A stretch of 64,000 bases of DNA from Octopus sinensis (GCF_006345805.1 NC_043004.1:94984001-95048000), one strand, 5' to 3'; counted from the stretch's first letter, positions 1-13,118 are shown. Program-made: numbers and translations. Notes: generated by a model from the sequence alone, not told the origin.

Positions 1-46
1 CCACCCGCCAAAACTCTGGTGGTGGCAAAGGAAATATCTTTAGGCC

Positions 47-546
47 ATGTATCACAAACAGATGAGTAATTACCTCGTTTATGAACAGTGGCAGCCTGTA
101 ATACTACACTTTGATCGTGCGTTTGAGAAAAAATAAATACAGATGAAAATACAAAAGGAAAAGGAGATAAAAGTCACGTAAAAAAGACTAAATATAAAAA
201 AACGAACAAGCAAGAACATTTTCTTCTGAATAACAACGAAATCTATCTTCAGGAAAAGAACGAAGAAAATGCAGATGACGGAGGTGAACTATTTCTCACT
301 GTTCTTGGAAAATCAAGCAAACAGTTAATCAGCATAATAACGCATATCTTAATACCTAAGAAGTTTAATGATGCAAAATCTGTTTGGTTCAGAATAAAAG
401 AAAAAAAGCGAGATTCACAGTAAAATTTAAATTAAGACATTATATCGAACTCAGACAAGAATACCCTCAAGGTGTTAATAATTTTCGCACCAAATATCAC
501 AGAAAATACTCACTGGTGCATTCGGTTGCACACGAAGACAGACTGA
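47..546 (+). pseudogene. Possible decayed coding sequence of unknown identity
   Basis: ATG at 47 opens MYHKQMSNYLVYEQWQPVILHFDRAFEKK. A 1-nt shift in an A-run joins it to a 99-codon stop-free stretch (127-423), and the same frame resumes after two stops (DIISNSDKNTLKVLIIFAPNITENTHWCIRLHTKTD). No motif recognised. Confidence 0.2.
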
Positions 547-1571
547 GAAATGGTAAAGTAAACAGAATAGTGAAATGATCAACTCAACATAGCCTGTAAT
601 CTTTCATGCTCTATATATTTAAATTATATCTTGTTTGAATTATAGTTTTATTGTACTTTTATATTTCCGTGTAAATATATGCATGCATACGTGTATGCAT
701 GTGTGCATAAACACGTAGGCCTAGGAATAAAGAAAACTGCTGGTGTCGCTTTCACAGGTTTAATACACGTGATTTAAGCTGAACCGTAGTGGCCTAACAC
801 ATATAAAGATCCGTCTTAAATTTCTCTCAGCTCTTTAAAATCTCACAAAACGTGATTTTTCAGATACAACATCATCCTTGAGAGGCCGCTCCATACCATC
901 CACACATCGTGAGGTGCTGGCTGGGCAGACGGGCGGATTAGTTTAATTAATCGGGTCTGGTTTATTCCAGATCTCAAATTAGAGAACTGGAATGAGATAA
1001 CGAGCATGCTGAGCATTTCCCCTAGAAATGGCTCGAAAGAAAGCTATCCCTTCGTCATGTATTATCGCCGGACCATCGTCTCATGCTCCACTTCATTTTT
1101 TACGAAACCGAAGTATAGTAAAATATGAACTGGAGCAAGGCACAACGGACTTGAGTTAAGGTAAACTGCCGGATCGAATGCCAAAAAGCATTCATGATTC
1201 ATGATTCTGCCAATTCACCGACCTAGAATGGCTTCGGACGTTAGCACAAAGGCAGCAATTATGAGAAGAGGAAGTATAGTGGATACTATCAACCCCAATA
1301 TTTGACTGGTACTTATTTCATTGATTCCGAAGGGATGAAATGTAGAGCTGGACTCAATATAATTTGAATACAAAACTTAAAAAAGCAAATATAATGCGTG
1401 TTGGCCGACTTTAAAGGTTTCTGAATGAAACATGAAGTCAGAAATTTTGCGGTGAGGGCGGAGGTTAATCGAGTGCATTGACCCAAATGCTTGATTGATC
1501 TTTTATTTTATCGACCCTAAAAAGATAAAAGACAGTGTGTAAGTATTAGTTTACGACTAAGGCAGAAGTAA

Positions 1572-2146
1572 AGGCGGCGAGCTGGCAGAAACGTCAGCAC
1601 GCCGGGCGAAGTACTTAGCGGTATTTCGTCTGCCGCTACGTTCTGAGTTCAAATTCCGCCTAGGTCGACTTTGCCTTTCATCCTTTCGGGGTCGATAAAT
1701 TAAGTACTAGTTACGCACTGGTGTCGATGTAATCGACTTAATCTCTGTGTCTGTCCTTGTTTGTCCTCTCTGTGTTTAGTCCCTTGTGGGTAGTAAAGAA
1801 ATAGGTATTTCGTCTGCCGTTATGTTCTGAGTTCAAATTCCGCCGAGGTCGACTTTGCCTTAGGGTCGATGTAATCGACTTAATCCCTTTGTCTGTCCTT
1901 GTTTGTCCCCTCTATGTTTAGCCCCTTATGGGCAATAAAGAAATAAGAATCATTAGCACGCCAGACAAAACACTTCGCAGCACTTCACACATCTTTACGT
2001 TCTGAGTTCAAATACCGCCGAGATTCACTCTATTTTTCATTCCTTTCGGGTGTCGATGAAGTAAGTACTAGTCGACCACTGGGAACGATGTACCCGACTA
2101 GCCCCGCCACAAGAATTTCAGGCCTTGTACCTATAGTAGAAAAGAT
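1572..2146 (+). mobile_element. tRNA-derived SINE cluster, family A (dimer followed by an older partial copy)
   Basis: Head AAGGCGGCGAGCTGGCAGAA (A-box-like), TGAGTTCAAATTCC (B-box-like) and tail TTAATC..TTTGTCTGTCCTTGTTTG..GAAATA. A second unit restarts at GGTATTTCGTCTGCC (~1803). An older copy with a CAGGCCTTGTACCTATAGTAGAAA tail follows from ~1950. Confidence 0.85.
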
Positions 2147-2629
2147 ATTAACACAAGTTCAGCAAAATTGAGAGAAGGTTAGTCGATTAAATGAACTCGA
2201 AAAACTTTACAGCTACTTTATTTTATAGACAACGGAAGAATGTAAGTCAATGCTGATCTCGGCAAGATTTGAACTCAGAGCATAATGAAATGGAATAAAT
2301 ACCAGAACTTATTTTCTTCAACGTTCTAAGCAACTGTAAAAATAAAAATAGGGTAAAAACAAAATGCAGCCATAAAATATGAACCATAAAGAAAGATGAG
2401 GAAATGGAAATGGAGAACAATAACAAGAGCAGCAACGGAAACGATGGAAAGAACTACAAGAATCTCAGTAACACTAATGCAAATGTTGTTAATAGTTGTA
2501 ACAGCCGCAGCAACAATAAAACCTTCCCAAAGTATATTAATACCAGAAAGTATTTAATTTAAATAAAAATATCTCATAAAACAACAAAATTACATCCACA
2601 AAAAAATAAAACAATATATCTCATATCAC

Positions 2630-2673
2630 ATGTGTGTGTGTGTGTGCGCGCCAGTGTGTCTGTGTATAAATAC

Positions 2674-2729
<56 letters not shown>

Positions 2730-2761
2730 TATATATATATGTATGTATGCATGTATGTACA

Positions 2762-2800
<39 letters not shown>

Positions 2801-2850
2801 GCATAGCGATAGATAGCTAGATAGATGTCTATCTATGTGTGTGTGTGTGT
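2630..2850. repeat. (GT)n/(AT)n/(GATA)n microsatellite mosaic
   Basis: Direct inspection; source of the YI/CV-rich ORFs. Confidence 0.95.
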
Positions 2851-3349
2851 TTATACACTCTCAGTTTGAAATATATCTTTACAGAGACACGCGACGTACA
2901 AGTATACACCTGCAAATACATACAACCATAGATTCGTACGTACATATTATAATACATACATACAAACAGGATTTTTCCATGTAAAATTGCGCATATATAT
3001 ATATATATAATTATGTATATGCATGTATATATGCATGTACGCAGGATATATGCATGCATGTATGTATATTTGTATGCATAAAGGGAAGAAATATTAAACA
3101 AGATAGTGTTTACTGTTTTAAAAATTGATTCATATAAAAACGCAATTCTTGTGCACAGTATTATAAAAGAATTAAATTTAATCGTTGTCAAATCCTCTTG
3201 TCCCTTTTCATAATGCAATGTCTGGAAAATAGCTGTGTATTCTTATATTTGAATTTATATGTGTTTTTAATAATAGTTCCTAGTGTCTTTTTAGTATTAG
3301 TAAAGTTGAATCTTCTTAAGAGTTGGAAAATATTACAGTGATATTAAGC

Positions 3350-3551
3350 TGAATGTATGTATGTATGTATGTATGTATGTATGTGTGTATGTATGTATGT
3401 ATGTATGTACGTATTTAAGTATGTATGTATGCATCTGTGTATGGCTGTATGGATGGATGGACAGATGATTGGGTGGATGGATGGATGATTGGATAGGTGA
3501 GCGGATAGATACATACGTGTATATATATGTGTGTATATATATGTCCACATA

Positions 3552-3610
<59 letters not shown>

Positions 3611-3625
3611 TATATATATATATAT

Positions 3626-3661
<36 letters not shown>

Positions 3662-3702
3662 CTATATATATATATATATATATATATGTATGCATATATA
3701 TA

Positions 3703-3745
<43 letters not shown>

Positions 3746-3819
3746 CACATATGCACATATTTATAGACAACACACACACATACACTAACACATATATACA
3801 TACATATATATATGTATGC

Positions 3820-3852
<33 letters not shown>

Positions 3853-3856
3853 ACCT
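3350..3856. repeat. (ATGT)n, (GGAT)n and long (AT)n microsatellite mosaic
   Basis: Direct inspection. Confidence 0.95.
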
Positions 3857-4444
3857 ATGTTAAAAGCTGAGGAGGGGGAGGATAGCGAAGACGACGACGA
3901 CAATATATTGTCTTCCTTTTTCTTTTTATGAGAATAACTTTAAATTTATGGAAAATGTGCACGATTTCTTTAAAATTCTTTAAAATTTATTTTAATCTTC
4001 TGCATTCATTTCACTTTTTCTTTTTAACTGAAAGAAAGTTGAGTTGGGTAATGGCTATACAGTCGAGAGTCACAGAAATAGCTGAATGAATCGATAGTTC
4101 GTACCATACCTACAGTAATGCAGTATACCCATAGGCAAAAAGATTTTTGCTCACTCAGTTTTGCAAACTTAGTTGATAGAACTGTTACTTCTATAATTGG
4201 AGTTCGATGCCAATTATAGAAACAGGTACAGTTTCACTCTTTTAAGTGTTGTTTGTGAACCATTTCAATTTAATGAGGATTTTGTTTTGCATTAAAAAAA
4301 TTTGTTTTGCATCGCAGTTTGTGAACAGGGCTTCGGCATGCAACCTACATGTACACTACATTCTTGATAGGAAAAGTGACTAGGATGTGTCACGGCTATT
4401 CCATTCCTTATTGATGTTTATATCTTCCAATATGTGTCTCGAGA

Positions 4445-4668
4445 AAGGCGGTGAGCTGGCAGAAACGTTAGCACGTCGGGCGAAATGCTTTGCAGCATTT
4501 CGTCTGTCTTTACATTATGAGTTCAAATTCCGCCGCGGTCAACTTTTCCTTTCATCCTTTCGGGGGGCGATAAATTAAGTACCAGTTACGCACTGGGGTC
4601 GATATAATCGACTGTCCCCCTCTCCCAAAATTTCGGGCCTTGTACCTAGAGTAGAAGAAAAACTATTC
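4445..4668 (+). mobile_element. SINE family A monomer (GGCCTTGTACCTAGAGTAGAA tail)
   Basis: Same head and body as the copy at 1572; tail matches the copy at 1950-2146. Confidence 0.85.
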
Positions 4669-4669
4669 T

Positions 4670-5073
4670 AAGGCGGGGAGCTGGCAGAATCGTTAGCACG
4701 CCGGGCAAAATGCTTAGCGGTATTTCGTCTGCCGCTACATTCTGAGTTCAAATTCTGCCGAGGTCAACTTTGCCTTTTATCCTTTCGGGGTCGATTAAAT
4801 AAGTAGCAGTTACGCACTGGGGTCGATATAATCCACTTAATCCGTTTGTCTGTCCTTGTTTGTAGCCTCTGTGTTTAGCCCCTTGTGGGTAGTAAAGAAA
4901 TGGGTATTTCGTCTGTCTTTACATTCTGAGTTCAAATTCCGCCGAGGTCGACTTTGCCTTTCATCTTTTTGGGGGCGTTAAATTAAGTACCAGTGAAACA
5001 TTTGGGGTCAATGTAATTGACTAGTACCATCCACCAAAATTTCTGGCCTTGTGCCTTTAGTAGAAAGGATTAT
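4670..5073 (+). mobile_element. SINE family A dimer
   Basis: Full unit, then restart at GAAATGGGTATTTCGTCTG (~4897) into a second partial unit ending AGTAGAAAGGATTAT. Confidence 0.85.
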
Positions 5074-5079
5074 CTGCTT

Positions 5080-5284
5080 CGAGAGGGTGTCTAAAAGTTC
5101 CTGACTTTTATGATATCCCAAAAGGTCAGGTTGGAGGCCCAACCTTCCGATTTTTGTTTTCAAGGCTTACAAAAACTGAAAGACTGCTGTAATAAGTGTG
5201 TGAATATGAGAGGGGGAATATGTTAAATAAAATCAGTTAACTAATCCTCCTCTTATAAATCAGGAACTTATCAGGACCCCCTCG
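5080..5284 (+). mobile_element. mariner-derived MITE
   Basis: Imperfect TIRs CGAGAGGGTGTCTAAAAGTTCCTGA / TCAGGAACTTATCAGGACCCCCTCG followed by TA. Retains transposase C-terminal codons (GLQKLKDCCNKCVNMRG). Related copy at 48634-48828 in the opposite orientation. Confidence 0.75.
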
Positions 5285-5297
5285 TATTTTACCTGCT

Positions 5298-5607
5298 TAT
5301 AGTAATGTACTGTTTATTCCTTCTCGAGCCACGCCTGGTTCATAAGGGCCGGTTTCCCGGTTTTCTTTGGCGTATAGGTTCCCCACCTGGACGGGAGGCC
5401 GGTCCGTCGCAGGTGAGCTGCAAGATGCAGGAGGAAAGAGTGAAAGAAAATTGTGGCGAAAGAATCAGCAGAAGTTCGCCATTACCTTCTGCCGGAGTCG
5501 CGTGGTGTTTAGGTGTTTCGCTCATAAACACAAACATCGCCTCGTCTGAGATTCGAACCCGCGATCCCGAGTCGGCTGCTCTAACCACTAGGGGCCCTGT
5601 GCCTCCA
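5298..5607 (-). mobile_element. tRNA-derived SINE with V-domain-like segment
   Basis: Minus strand: tRNA-like head (TAGTGGTTAG..GGTTCGAATCTC), CCTGCGACGGACCGGCCTCCCGTCCAGG (resembles the V-SINE central domain), tail GAAAACCGGGAAACCGGCCC shared with 53342-53601. Confidence 0.75.
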
Positions 5608-5835
5608 CATATTAATTTATACTTGGATATATGGATATTTCTTTTTTTTCTTTTTGGTGAACTTAATATACTATGATTACATTGTCGTTGTATCAACCAA
5701 ATTTCTCGCCCTTCCTTCACCCGTGCTCACCATTCGTTGTACTAACCCCTCTTCTAACTCCCTCGCAAACCTACCTGCACATATATCCCTGTCGAATCTT
5801 CGCATCCCCCATAACATATCATCCTAATACTCCCC

Positions 5836-6256
5836 TACTCTTTACTCTTTTTTTACTCTTTTATTTGTTTCATTCATGTGACTGTGGGCCATGCTGGAGC
5901 ACCACCTTTAATTGAGCAACTCGACTTATTCTTTGAAAGCCTAGAATTTATTCTATTGGTCTCTTTTGCCAAACCGCTAAGTTACGGGGACGTAAACACT
6001 CCAGCATCGGTTGTCAAGCGATGTTAGATGGGACAAACACAGACACACAAAAATATGTACACACATATATATATATGCATATACATATATACGACGGGCT
6101 TCTTTCAGTTTACGTCTGCCAAATCCACTCACAAGGCTTTGGTTGGCTCGAGGCTATAGTAGAAGACACTTGCCCATGGTGCCACGCAGTGGGACTGAAC
6201 CCGGAACCATGTGGTTCGTAAGCAAGCTACTTAGCACACAGCCACTCCTACGCCTA
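5836..6256 (-). mobile_element. SINE family B (tRNA head, CORE-like body, internal microsatellite)
   Basis: Reverse complement of TAGGCG(C/T)AGGAGTGGCTGTG..GGTTCCGGGTTCAGTCCC..GGGCAAGTGTCTT..CAGCATGGC..AAAAGAGTA, as in the copies at 19664, 23759, 26673 and 49751. Confidence 0.9.
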
Positions 6257-6599
6257 CCTCAACTTATGCCCACTAACAGCATTCCCTTCTGCATCTCCCC
6301 CTTTCCTTTCACAATTTTCAGAACTTACCCACCCATTCACCCTCTCCAGTCCTCCGGTTCACTTCATGATATACGCTTCTCAATAACTTGGGTGTACACC
6401 TTGTCACACCTTCTTCTTATCTCACTCTAGTCTCTCTTACCCTTTCTCTCTCTCCACCTGCGGTAATCAGGTTTCTTTTCTGCTGCGAGACTCTTATTCT
6501 TATCTCTCAATATTATTCCCTCACCGTTCAGTTGAGGCGATCTTTTCTTGCAATTTCTTTAGTGATCTCACAGCTGCGGTGCTACATAAAAAGAATCCA

Positions 6600-6770
6600 G
6601 GGCATTTTATAAAGTGGTTGGCGTTAGGAACGGCATTCAGCTGCAGAAACCATGACAAAACAGACAGCAGAGCTGGCTGTAGTCTTATGACCTGCCAGCT
6701 AATGTCGAACCGTCCAACTCATGCCAACATGAAGAACAGATGTTCTGTGGTGGTGGTGGTGGATGAGGAT
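6600..6770 (+). mobile_element. Degenerate RTE-type 3' tail
   Basis: GGCATTCAGCTGCAGAAACCATG..CGAACCGTCCAACTCATGCCAACATG ending in (GGT)n; resembles RTE/Bov-B-type 3' ends as I recall them. Confidence 0.45.
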
Positions 6771-6984
6771 GAGGTGGGAAAGGGGAGGGGAGGATTTATA
6801 AACTTTCGAGGTTAAGTGAAATATTTTTGTCCCCCTTTTCGGAAACTGAATTTTGAAACACGTAAAGTTTTTAATAACAGCTTGTAAATATTGGACTGAA
6901 AAAAAAAACATTTTATACGTACGTTGATTCATGTCGGAAAAATAAGTAAGAACTACTCAAATACAGGATATTGTAGAGGATATT

Positions 6985-7290
6985 GATTGTATTGAAACCG
7001 AAAGTTTGTATCGTGACTCGAGTTTCATGCAACTGCGATCCTTAGACGCGAACTGTTACCATTCTGTATCGGTGTTGTATTTATATCCCTTTCCCTTGGT
7101 GTGTGTCACCCTTTATGTAATCTGGTGCTTGTGCTTCTTCATCGGTTTGTGTTTCATGCTGGTTGATCAGGTGCTGTCTTTTAGCCTCTTGTTTAGTTGT
7201 TTAGATTTTTTATGCGATGTTTGTATTTCTTATAATGGTGGTAATGGGAGGGTGTTATGAATTTGTTGATGAGTTGGCGACAAGACATGT
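6985..7290 (-). mobile_element. Penelope-like element end with a degenerate minimal hammerhead
   Basis: Minus strand 7048-7012 reads CGT CTAAGGA TCGCAGTTGCAT GAAAC TCGA GTC ACG, preceded by a TATAAATAC motif. Confidence 0.55.
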
Positions 7291-8045
7291 TTCTGTGCGT
7301 GCATGTGTATGTATATGTGGTTATATAAGGTGATAAATGTTGTTTTGAGAAAAGTTGTTTACGAATAGGATAAGCTGTAAAGCTAATTAAGAACATATCT
7401 ATTATGAGTATCTCTAACCGAATAAATGGTGCTTTTATGGTCGAATTATTTTGCTGTAATGTGTTGTTAAAGAATTGTGGGGAATTGTTTTGTAAGTAAA
7501 AATAATGTATTTTTTATATCTGCTGGTAAGAGAATTTTATTTGCTTGTTTTGAAAAAATATTTGTTTGTGTGTATGTGTTTGTGTATGTGTGTGTATGTA
7601 TGTGTATGTGTGTATGGGGGGGGGGCGTTTGCATTTTTCTAGAATTTTGTATATTTGACGTTTTTAAATATTTATGTATGTATTTGTCGGGTGTGGTCAG
7701 CTAGCAGTGGTATGCTTGTGTGTATGGCTGAGAGGAATGTGTTTTACTAGCACTGTCTTCTGTAAAATTATGTTCATTGGTCAATACCACAATACATAGC
7801 ACAACTGCATGTAAATTTTATCTCTTTAATACAGAATCAAAATTTTGTGCAAAAGCTTTCAATTCGTCGACAGTGTGGATATCTTGAAAAGAATACACAC
7901 GAATTTGTCGACATTTAAGATAGGTCTATGTAATTTAAGCAGAAAAACGTCGGACATCCTGTCTTCCATAAAGATGGTATTATAGTAAAGCCAGAAAGCC
8001 AGGAAGCACCATTTGAATGTTTCACTTGATAACATCTGGATCTTA

Positions 8046-8435
8046 AAGACGGCGTGCTGGCAGAGACGTTAGCACGCCGGGTTAAGTGCTTCACAGTATT
8101 TCACGGTATTTCAAATTCCGCCGAGGTCGACTTTGCCTTTCATCCTTTCGGTGTCGATAAATTAAGTACCTGTTACGCACTGGGGTCGATGTAATCGACT
8201 TAATCCGCTTGTCTGTCCTTGTTTGTCCCCTGTATGTTTAGCCCCTTGTGGGTAATAAAGAAACAGATATTTCGTCTGCCTTTATGCTCTGAGTTCAAAT
8301 TCCGCCGAGGTCGACTTTGCCTTTCATCCTTTCGGATCGATAAATTAAGTAGCAGTTGCGTACTGGGTTCGAATAAATTCACTGGTCCCCTCCCCCAAAA
8401 TCTCAGGGTTTGTGCATTGAGTAGAAAAAAATATT
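8046..8435 (+). mobile_element. SINE family A dimer with head deletion
   Basis: First unit lacks part of the B-box region; restart at GAAACAGATATTTCGTCTGCC (~8262). Confidence 0.85.
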
Positions 8436-9110
8436 TGTATCTTAAGTTCGCTCAATAAGTTTCGAGGAGGAGGAGGATGTAGACAAAGTATATTGACAAG
8501 TTCAGATGCAATATTAACACAGCTTGATGAGTTGGGAGTTACGTAATGGTTTATGTCCAAGATTTCACGTTCTGTAGTTTTCTGTTTCACCCATGTAGAC
8601 GTTAATTATTTTCAGGAGTCATGTTTAATTTATTAGGCAGGGAATATATTTTGTCACTTTTGGAAGAATTATCCGTTTCGAAATGTCAGTTGATTTTTGT
8701 CCCCATGGTATTTATGAATTTTATCCAATTCCTGAACTTTAACTATCCAAAGTTGTGTTCAGTAGAAGGCTATACCTGCACAAGCCAGTCTGATGGGGTA
8801 AACAAATATATATTTCTAATTCATACTCAGTACAGCTAAAGTGCTTTTTAAAAGCTGGAATGGAAAATGGTGAACAAATACAAATACCTTGTGGTATTTG
8901 TTTATATTCTTTAAAAGACCAAACTCAATCTGACTCTATTTTGTCATTTTAGCCTTCCATAGTTAATGAAATAATGACTGGTGTCAATTTAATTGACTAT
9001 GCCCATGAAGGCAACGCTCTGCACATGGCCGCAGTTTAATAAGTAAACCAACAAAACGCTGGCAGAATACGCACAACACGCCACTGTGTGTCTGAGTGTA
9101 CATATATATA

Positions 9111-9174
<64 letters not shown>

Positions 9175-9192
9175 CTATATATATATATATAC

Positions 9193-9230
<38 letters not shown>

Positions 9231-9433
9231 ATTTAAAAGATGCGCAACTCCATTGTCTCCCGAGACAGAAAGGATGCCAATACCAATACAATAAGTTCAG
9301 CAAAAATTTAGATACAAATGAATATGGTACTTAAGTTAGATGCACCAGAATTCTATATGGTGTTATTCATATAAATCCATGGGGGGATTATAATCAAAAT
9401 AAGCAAAATAAGTTATTCTTGTTGCTTATTTGG

Positions 9434-9488
<55 letters not shown>

Positions 9489-10294
9489 TCAGATACACAT
9501 ACATATATATACATATATTCATACACATGTATATATATGTATTTATGTATGTATGTTTTATATAATCATTTTCATAAACTTCGAGAGAATATGAAATAAT
9601 TCTCTTTTTGGAACAGTGATCTCCAAGCAGACAGAGTAGATAGCCTGTAAATATTCGGTTCAATACCCCTTAGAAAAGTCGATGACTATCCGTGGGATTC
9701 GAACTGACATCTTCTGTGATGTTTATATATATACATATATACATATACGGACACTCATACACAGACACACAAGCACACAAACTTATATAATGCGTTTATG
9801 GCTTATCATATCGTTTATGATTGGTGCTTTTACAATTCTCCTCGATCAAGTTATACCTGGGGCAATACAAATACATCTACCATTATTACGATTCCACATA
9901 CGGAAACATTTTCTTAATTACTTACATAAAATTATGAAATATACGAACATCTTCCTGAAATATTACTTGCAAATTTGTATCTTAATAATACGCAAATGAA
10001 AATAAATATAGACATATACAGTTAAAATTGATTGATTCCAAGTTAATTGCAAAAATAAACACCTGTCTGTCAGAGTCAAAGGTTTCTTCCAGTAGATAAG
10101 ACTACACAGTTAGACCTATGCTATTCTGACTGTTGATGCAAGACGAGAGAAGGTAATATACGTCAGTTCGTTGCCGTTGTTCAGTTACAGAGCGGCACAA
10201 AGATATTCTGTTGTAGCCATCCAGTCTTTTGTCAGATATATATGAGTTAGATAAGACATACATATGATATACACTTGTATAGGACATAGTAAAA

Positions 10295-10877
10295 GCTCGT
10301 GGTTCAGTGGCTGGAGCGTCGGTTACATAACTATGAGGGGCGGCGAGCTGGCAGAAACGTTAGCACGCCGGGCGAAATGCTTTGCGGTATTTCGTCTACC
10401 GTTACGTTCTGAGTTCAAATTCCGCCGAGGTCGACTTTGCCTTTCATCCTTTCGAGGTCGATAAATTAAGTACCAGTTACGCACTGGGGTCGATATAATC
10501 GACTTTATCCCCTTGTCTGTCCTTGTTTTGTCCCCTCTGTGTTTAGCCCCTTGTGGGTAGTAAAGAAATAGGTTACATAACTATGAGGTAGTGAGTTCGA
10601 TTCTCAGACCGGGCCGTGTGTTGTGCTCTTGAGCAAGACACTTTATTTCACGTTGCTCCAGTTCACTCAGCAGCGATTTCACTGGTGTCAAGCTGTAGCA
10701 GTCTTCGCCTTTCGTTTGGATAAATTGGATAAAGTGGAGAGCGGGGGCTGATATGCATGGCGACTGCTGATCTTCCAAAAACAACCTTTCCCGGGCAAGT
10801 GACTTGGATGAAAACGTTATAGGTGCAATCCCATTGTCATTCATGACGGAAGGTGGGGCTGTCTTTACCCTTTACCC
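10295..10877 (+). mobile_element. SINE family C (Meta-like body) interrupted by a family A copy
   Basis: GGTTCAGTGG..GAGTTCGATTCTC head, CTTGAGCAAGACACTTTATTTCACGTTGCTCCAG body, tail TAGGTGCAATCCCATTGTCATTCATGAC; similar copy at 34325. Confidence 0.8.
10339..10570 (+). mobile_element. SINE family A monomer with 18-bp TSD
   Basis: Flanked by GGTTACATAACTATGAGG at 10321-10338 and 10571-10588. Confidence 0.92.
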
Positions 10878-11504
10878 TGTAGGGTATATCAGTAAACATA
10901 CCATACTAAATTACACGATTGTTCATACATTGATAAATATTTGTATTTAACTGAACTGTTTATTAAGCCAATGAGGCCGGATGTAAGCTGTTACAAGAAC
11001 AAGAAATTACTATGAAGCCTCATCCAGATCACACCATATGTTGTTAAAATGAAAGATGAGATTGGATAACCTAGATTTCCTCTAATCAAATGTTATTGTC
11101 TTTGGCTAAAACAGTCGTAGATATATAGTCCTTTGGCTAATTTAGTCCCCTATAAAAACATAAAAAGCAAGATGGTCCATCTGAGAAATTTTGTTCATCA
11201 TCTGCTAGATAAGAGCAGCAACAATAATAATGCTCTTGGATTACTTTGTTAACAAAGCAAACTTCACGTAGTTGCCTTATCAAGTTGTAATTGCAGACAA
11301 ATCTGCATCAAATCACAGTTTGTCATCTTCAAAAGGAGAGACATATTAGCCAATGCAGTCCTTGATATCTCAGGTAAAAAATAAATATATAAATAAAAGT
11401 ACAGCTAAAACATATTTGAGTATAAGGTTTGTTGAACCAGGACTCAATACCTCGCGATAGATAAAATATGTATATTACTTCTCCTCACCCGACACACATA
11501 TATA

Positions 11505-11703
11505 TAAGGTAGCGAATTAATAGACTCCTTAACTTGCCGGGTAAAAAGTGCCTAGTGATATTTCTTCCGCTTTTACGTTCTGAGTTCAAATGCCGCCGGA
11601 TTCAACCTTACCTTTCATCTCTTCGGGGTCGGTAAAATACGGATTGTCTGAACACTGGACTCGACTCCCTCTTCAGACATTGTGCCATAATTTGAAACCA
11701 ATG

Positions 11704-11705
<2 letters not shown>
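11505..11705 (+). mobile_element. Older, diverged SINE family A copy
   Basis: TTTACGTTCTGAGTTCAAATGCCGCC..CTTTCATCTCTTCGGGGTCG body; tail TTGTGCCATAATTTGAAACCAAT. Confidence 0.65.
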
Positions 11706-11747
<42 letters not shown>

Positions 11748-11749
<2 letters not shown>

Positions 11750-12146
11750 CTTTATATATAAAAGTGAAGATGTGTGTTTGTCTCCTACGATTTAGATTCC
11801 TAACTACTCCCACATTTTGCGGTGCAGTTTAACCAAAACCGGGTATCTTATAGTCGCGATTCATATCGAGCCCTTCTGGGTATTAGCGCGCGTCTACGAT
11901 GAGTCTACGATTTAAAAAAAATTTACCATCATTTTTTTTCCCATTTTTAATGCATTTTTTTGCTATTATATAAGGGAAGTAACTCGCGTCTACGATGAGT
12001 GTACGATTTAAAAAAAATTTGCCATAATTTTTCCGCCTTTTTAAATGCATTTTCGCTCGGTTTATATAAGGGAAGTAACTCTCTATAAATGCTTATATAT
12101 TTATTTTCCTTACAAACCCGCGCAACGCCGGGCGATACTGCTAGTA
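11748..12146 (-). mobile_element. DINE-1/HINE-like non-autonomous element with internal 96-bp tandem duplication
   Basis: Minus-strand 5' end TACTAGCAGTATCGCCCGGCGTTG, 3' end TTTTATATATAAAGAT, no TIRs. Units at 11889-11984 and 11985-12080. Same family as 25439-25837. Confidence 0.7.
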
Positions 12147-12699
12147 CTTATATGTATCAGAAATACGTGTGTATGTGTGAGCGTTTATGTATTTTAAGAG
12201 GTAAGAGTACAGGAAGAGTCGTGCCTGGTGATGCAGGCAAGTTACAGAATATTTTCTCAATCATCAAATTGGCAGAAAAGTAGTTTCAACGTAAAAATCA
12301 CATCTGCCTTGATTATTATTTTTGTGGTTATACGTATATTTAAAATGGTTCTCATGACAGTTCTTCTTGTGTTCTGTCAATATCCACCGTTTTCAGAAAT
12401 ACAGATGTGCACCGAAATTTGTTGTTTTGATTTATTTTTTACCACAAAAACATATTTCTCTAATATTTTGTACGTTTCCAGAATATGAAAATAAAATTAC
12501 GTTGCTCTAAACTTTTGTTTTAAAGGTCCCTTTTGTAGATTCTGATTAAAGTAACGTTTGTGTTGTATTTTGAGAAATAGGCTTGCACATTGCTTTCGTT
12601 ATCTTCATTCCAAGGACGGAGCATTGAATCTTTGTAAGAAACCAGATCCTTCCTCAGATGAAGGATTTAAATAATTAAAAACAGAAGCGAACATACATA

Positions 12700-12778
12700 T
12701 GTTACATAAATTACATACGCACCTACATACATATATGTATATATTTATCATATGCATACATAAATACACACACACACG

Positions 12779-12830
<52 letters not shown>

Positions 12831-13118
12831 CACACACTCATATGTGCGCACACGCATAATTATTTATGTATATGCAAGAAAATGTATTCATGGAAACAAT
12901 ACAAATATACAGAAAGGATTCGCTTCCTCTCTACATTTCGAATCGCCGTCTCTCTCTCTCTCTCTCTCTCTGTTTCTTTCTCTTTCTTTCTCTGTCTCTC
13001 TCACTCTATCTCTCTCTCTCTCTCTGTTTTTCTTTTTCTTTTCTTTCTCTCTCTCTCTCTCTCTCTCGATATACGTGTGTGTGTGAGTGTGTAAATATAC
13101 ATGCATACGTACCTACAA

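Noticed and set aside
4189-4221. 12-bp inverted repeat hairpin TTCTATAATTGG / CCAATTATAGAA
   Set aside because: Short, AT-rich and isolated; not distinguishable from chance or a transposon remnant.
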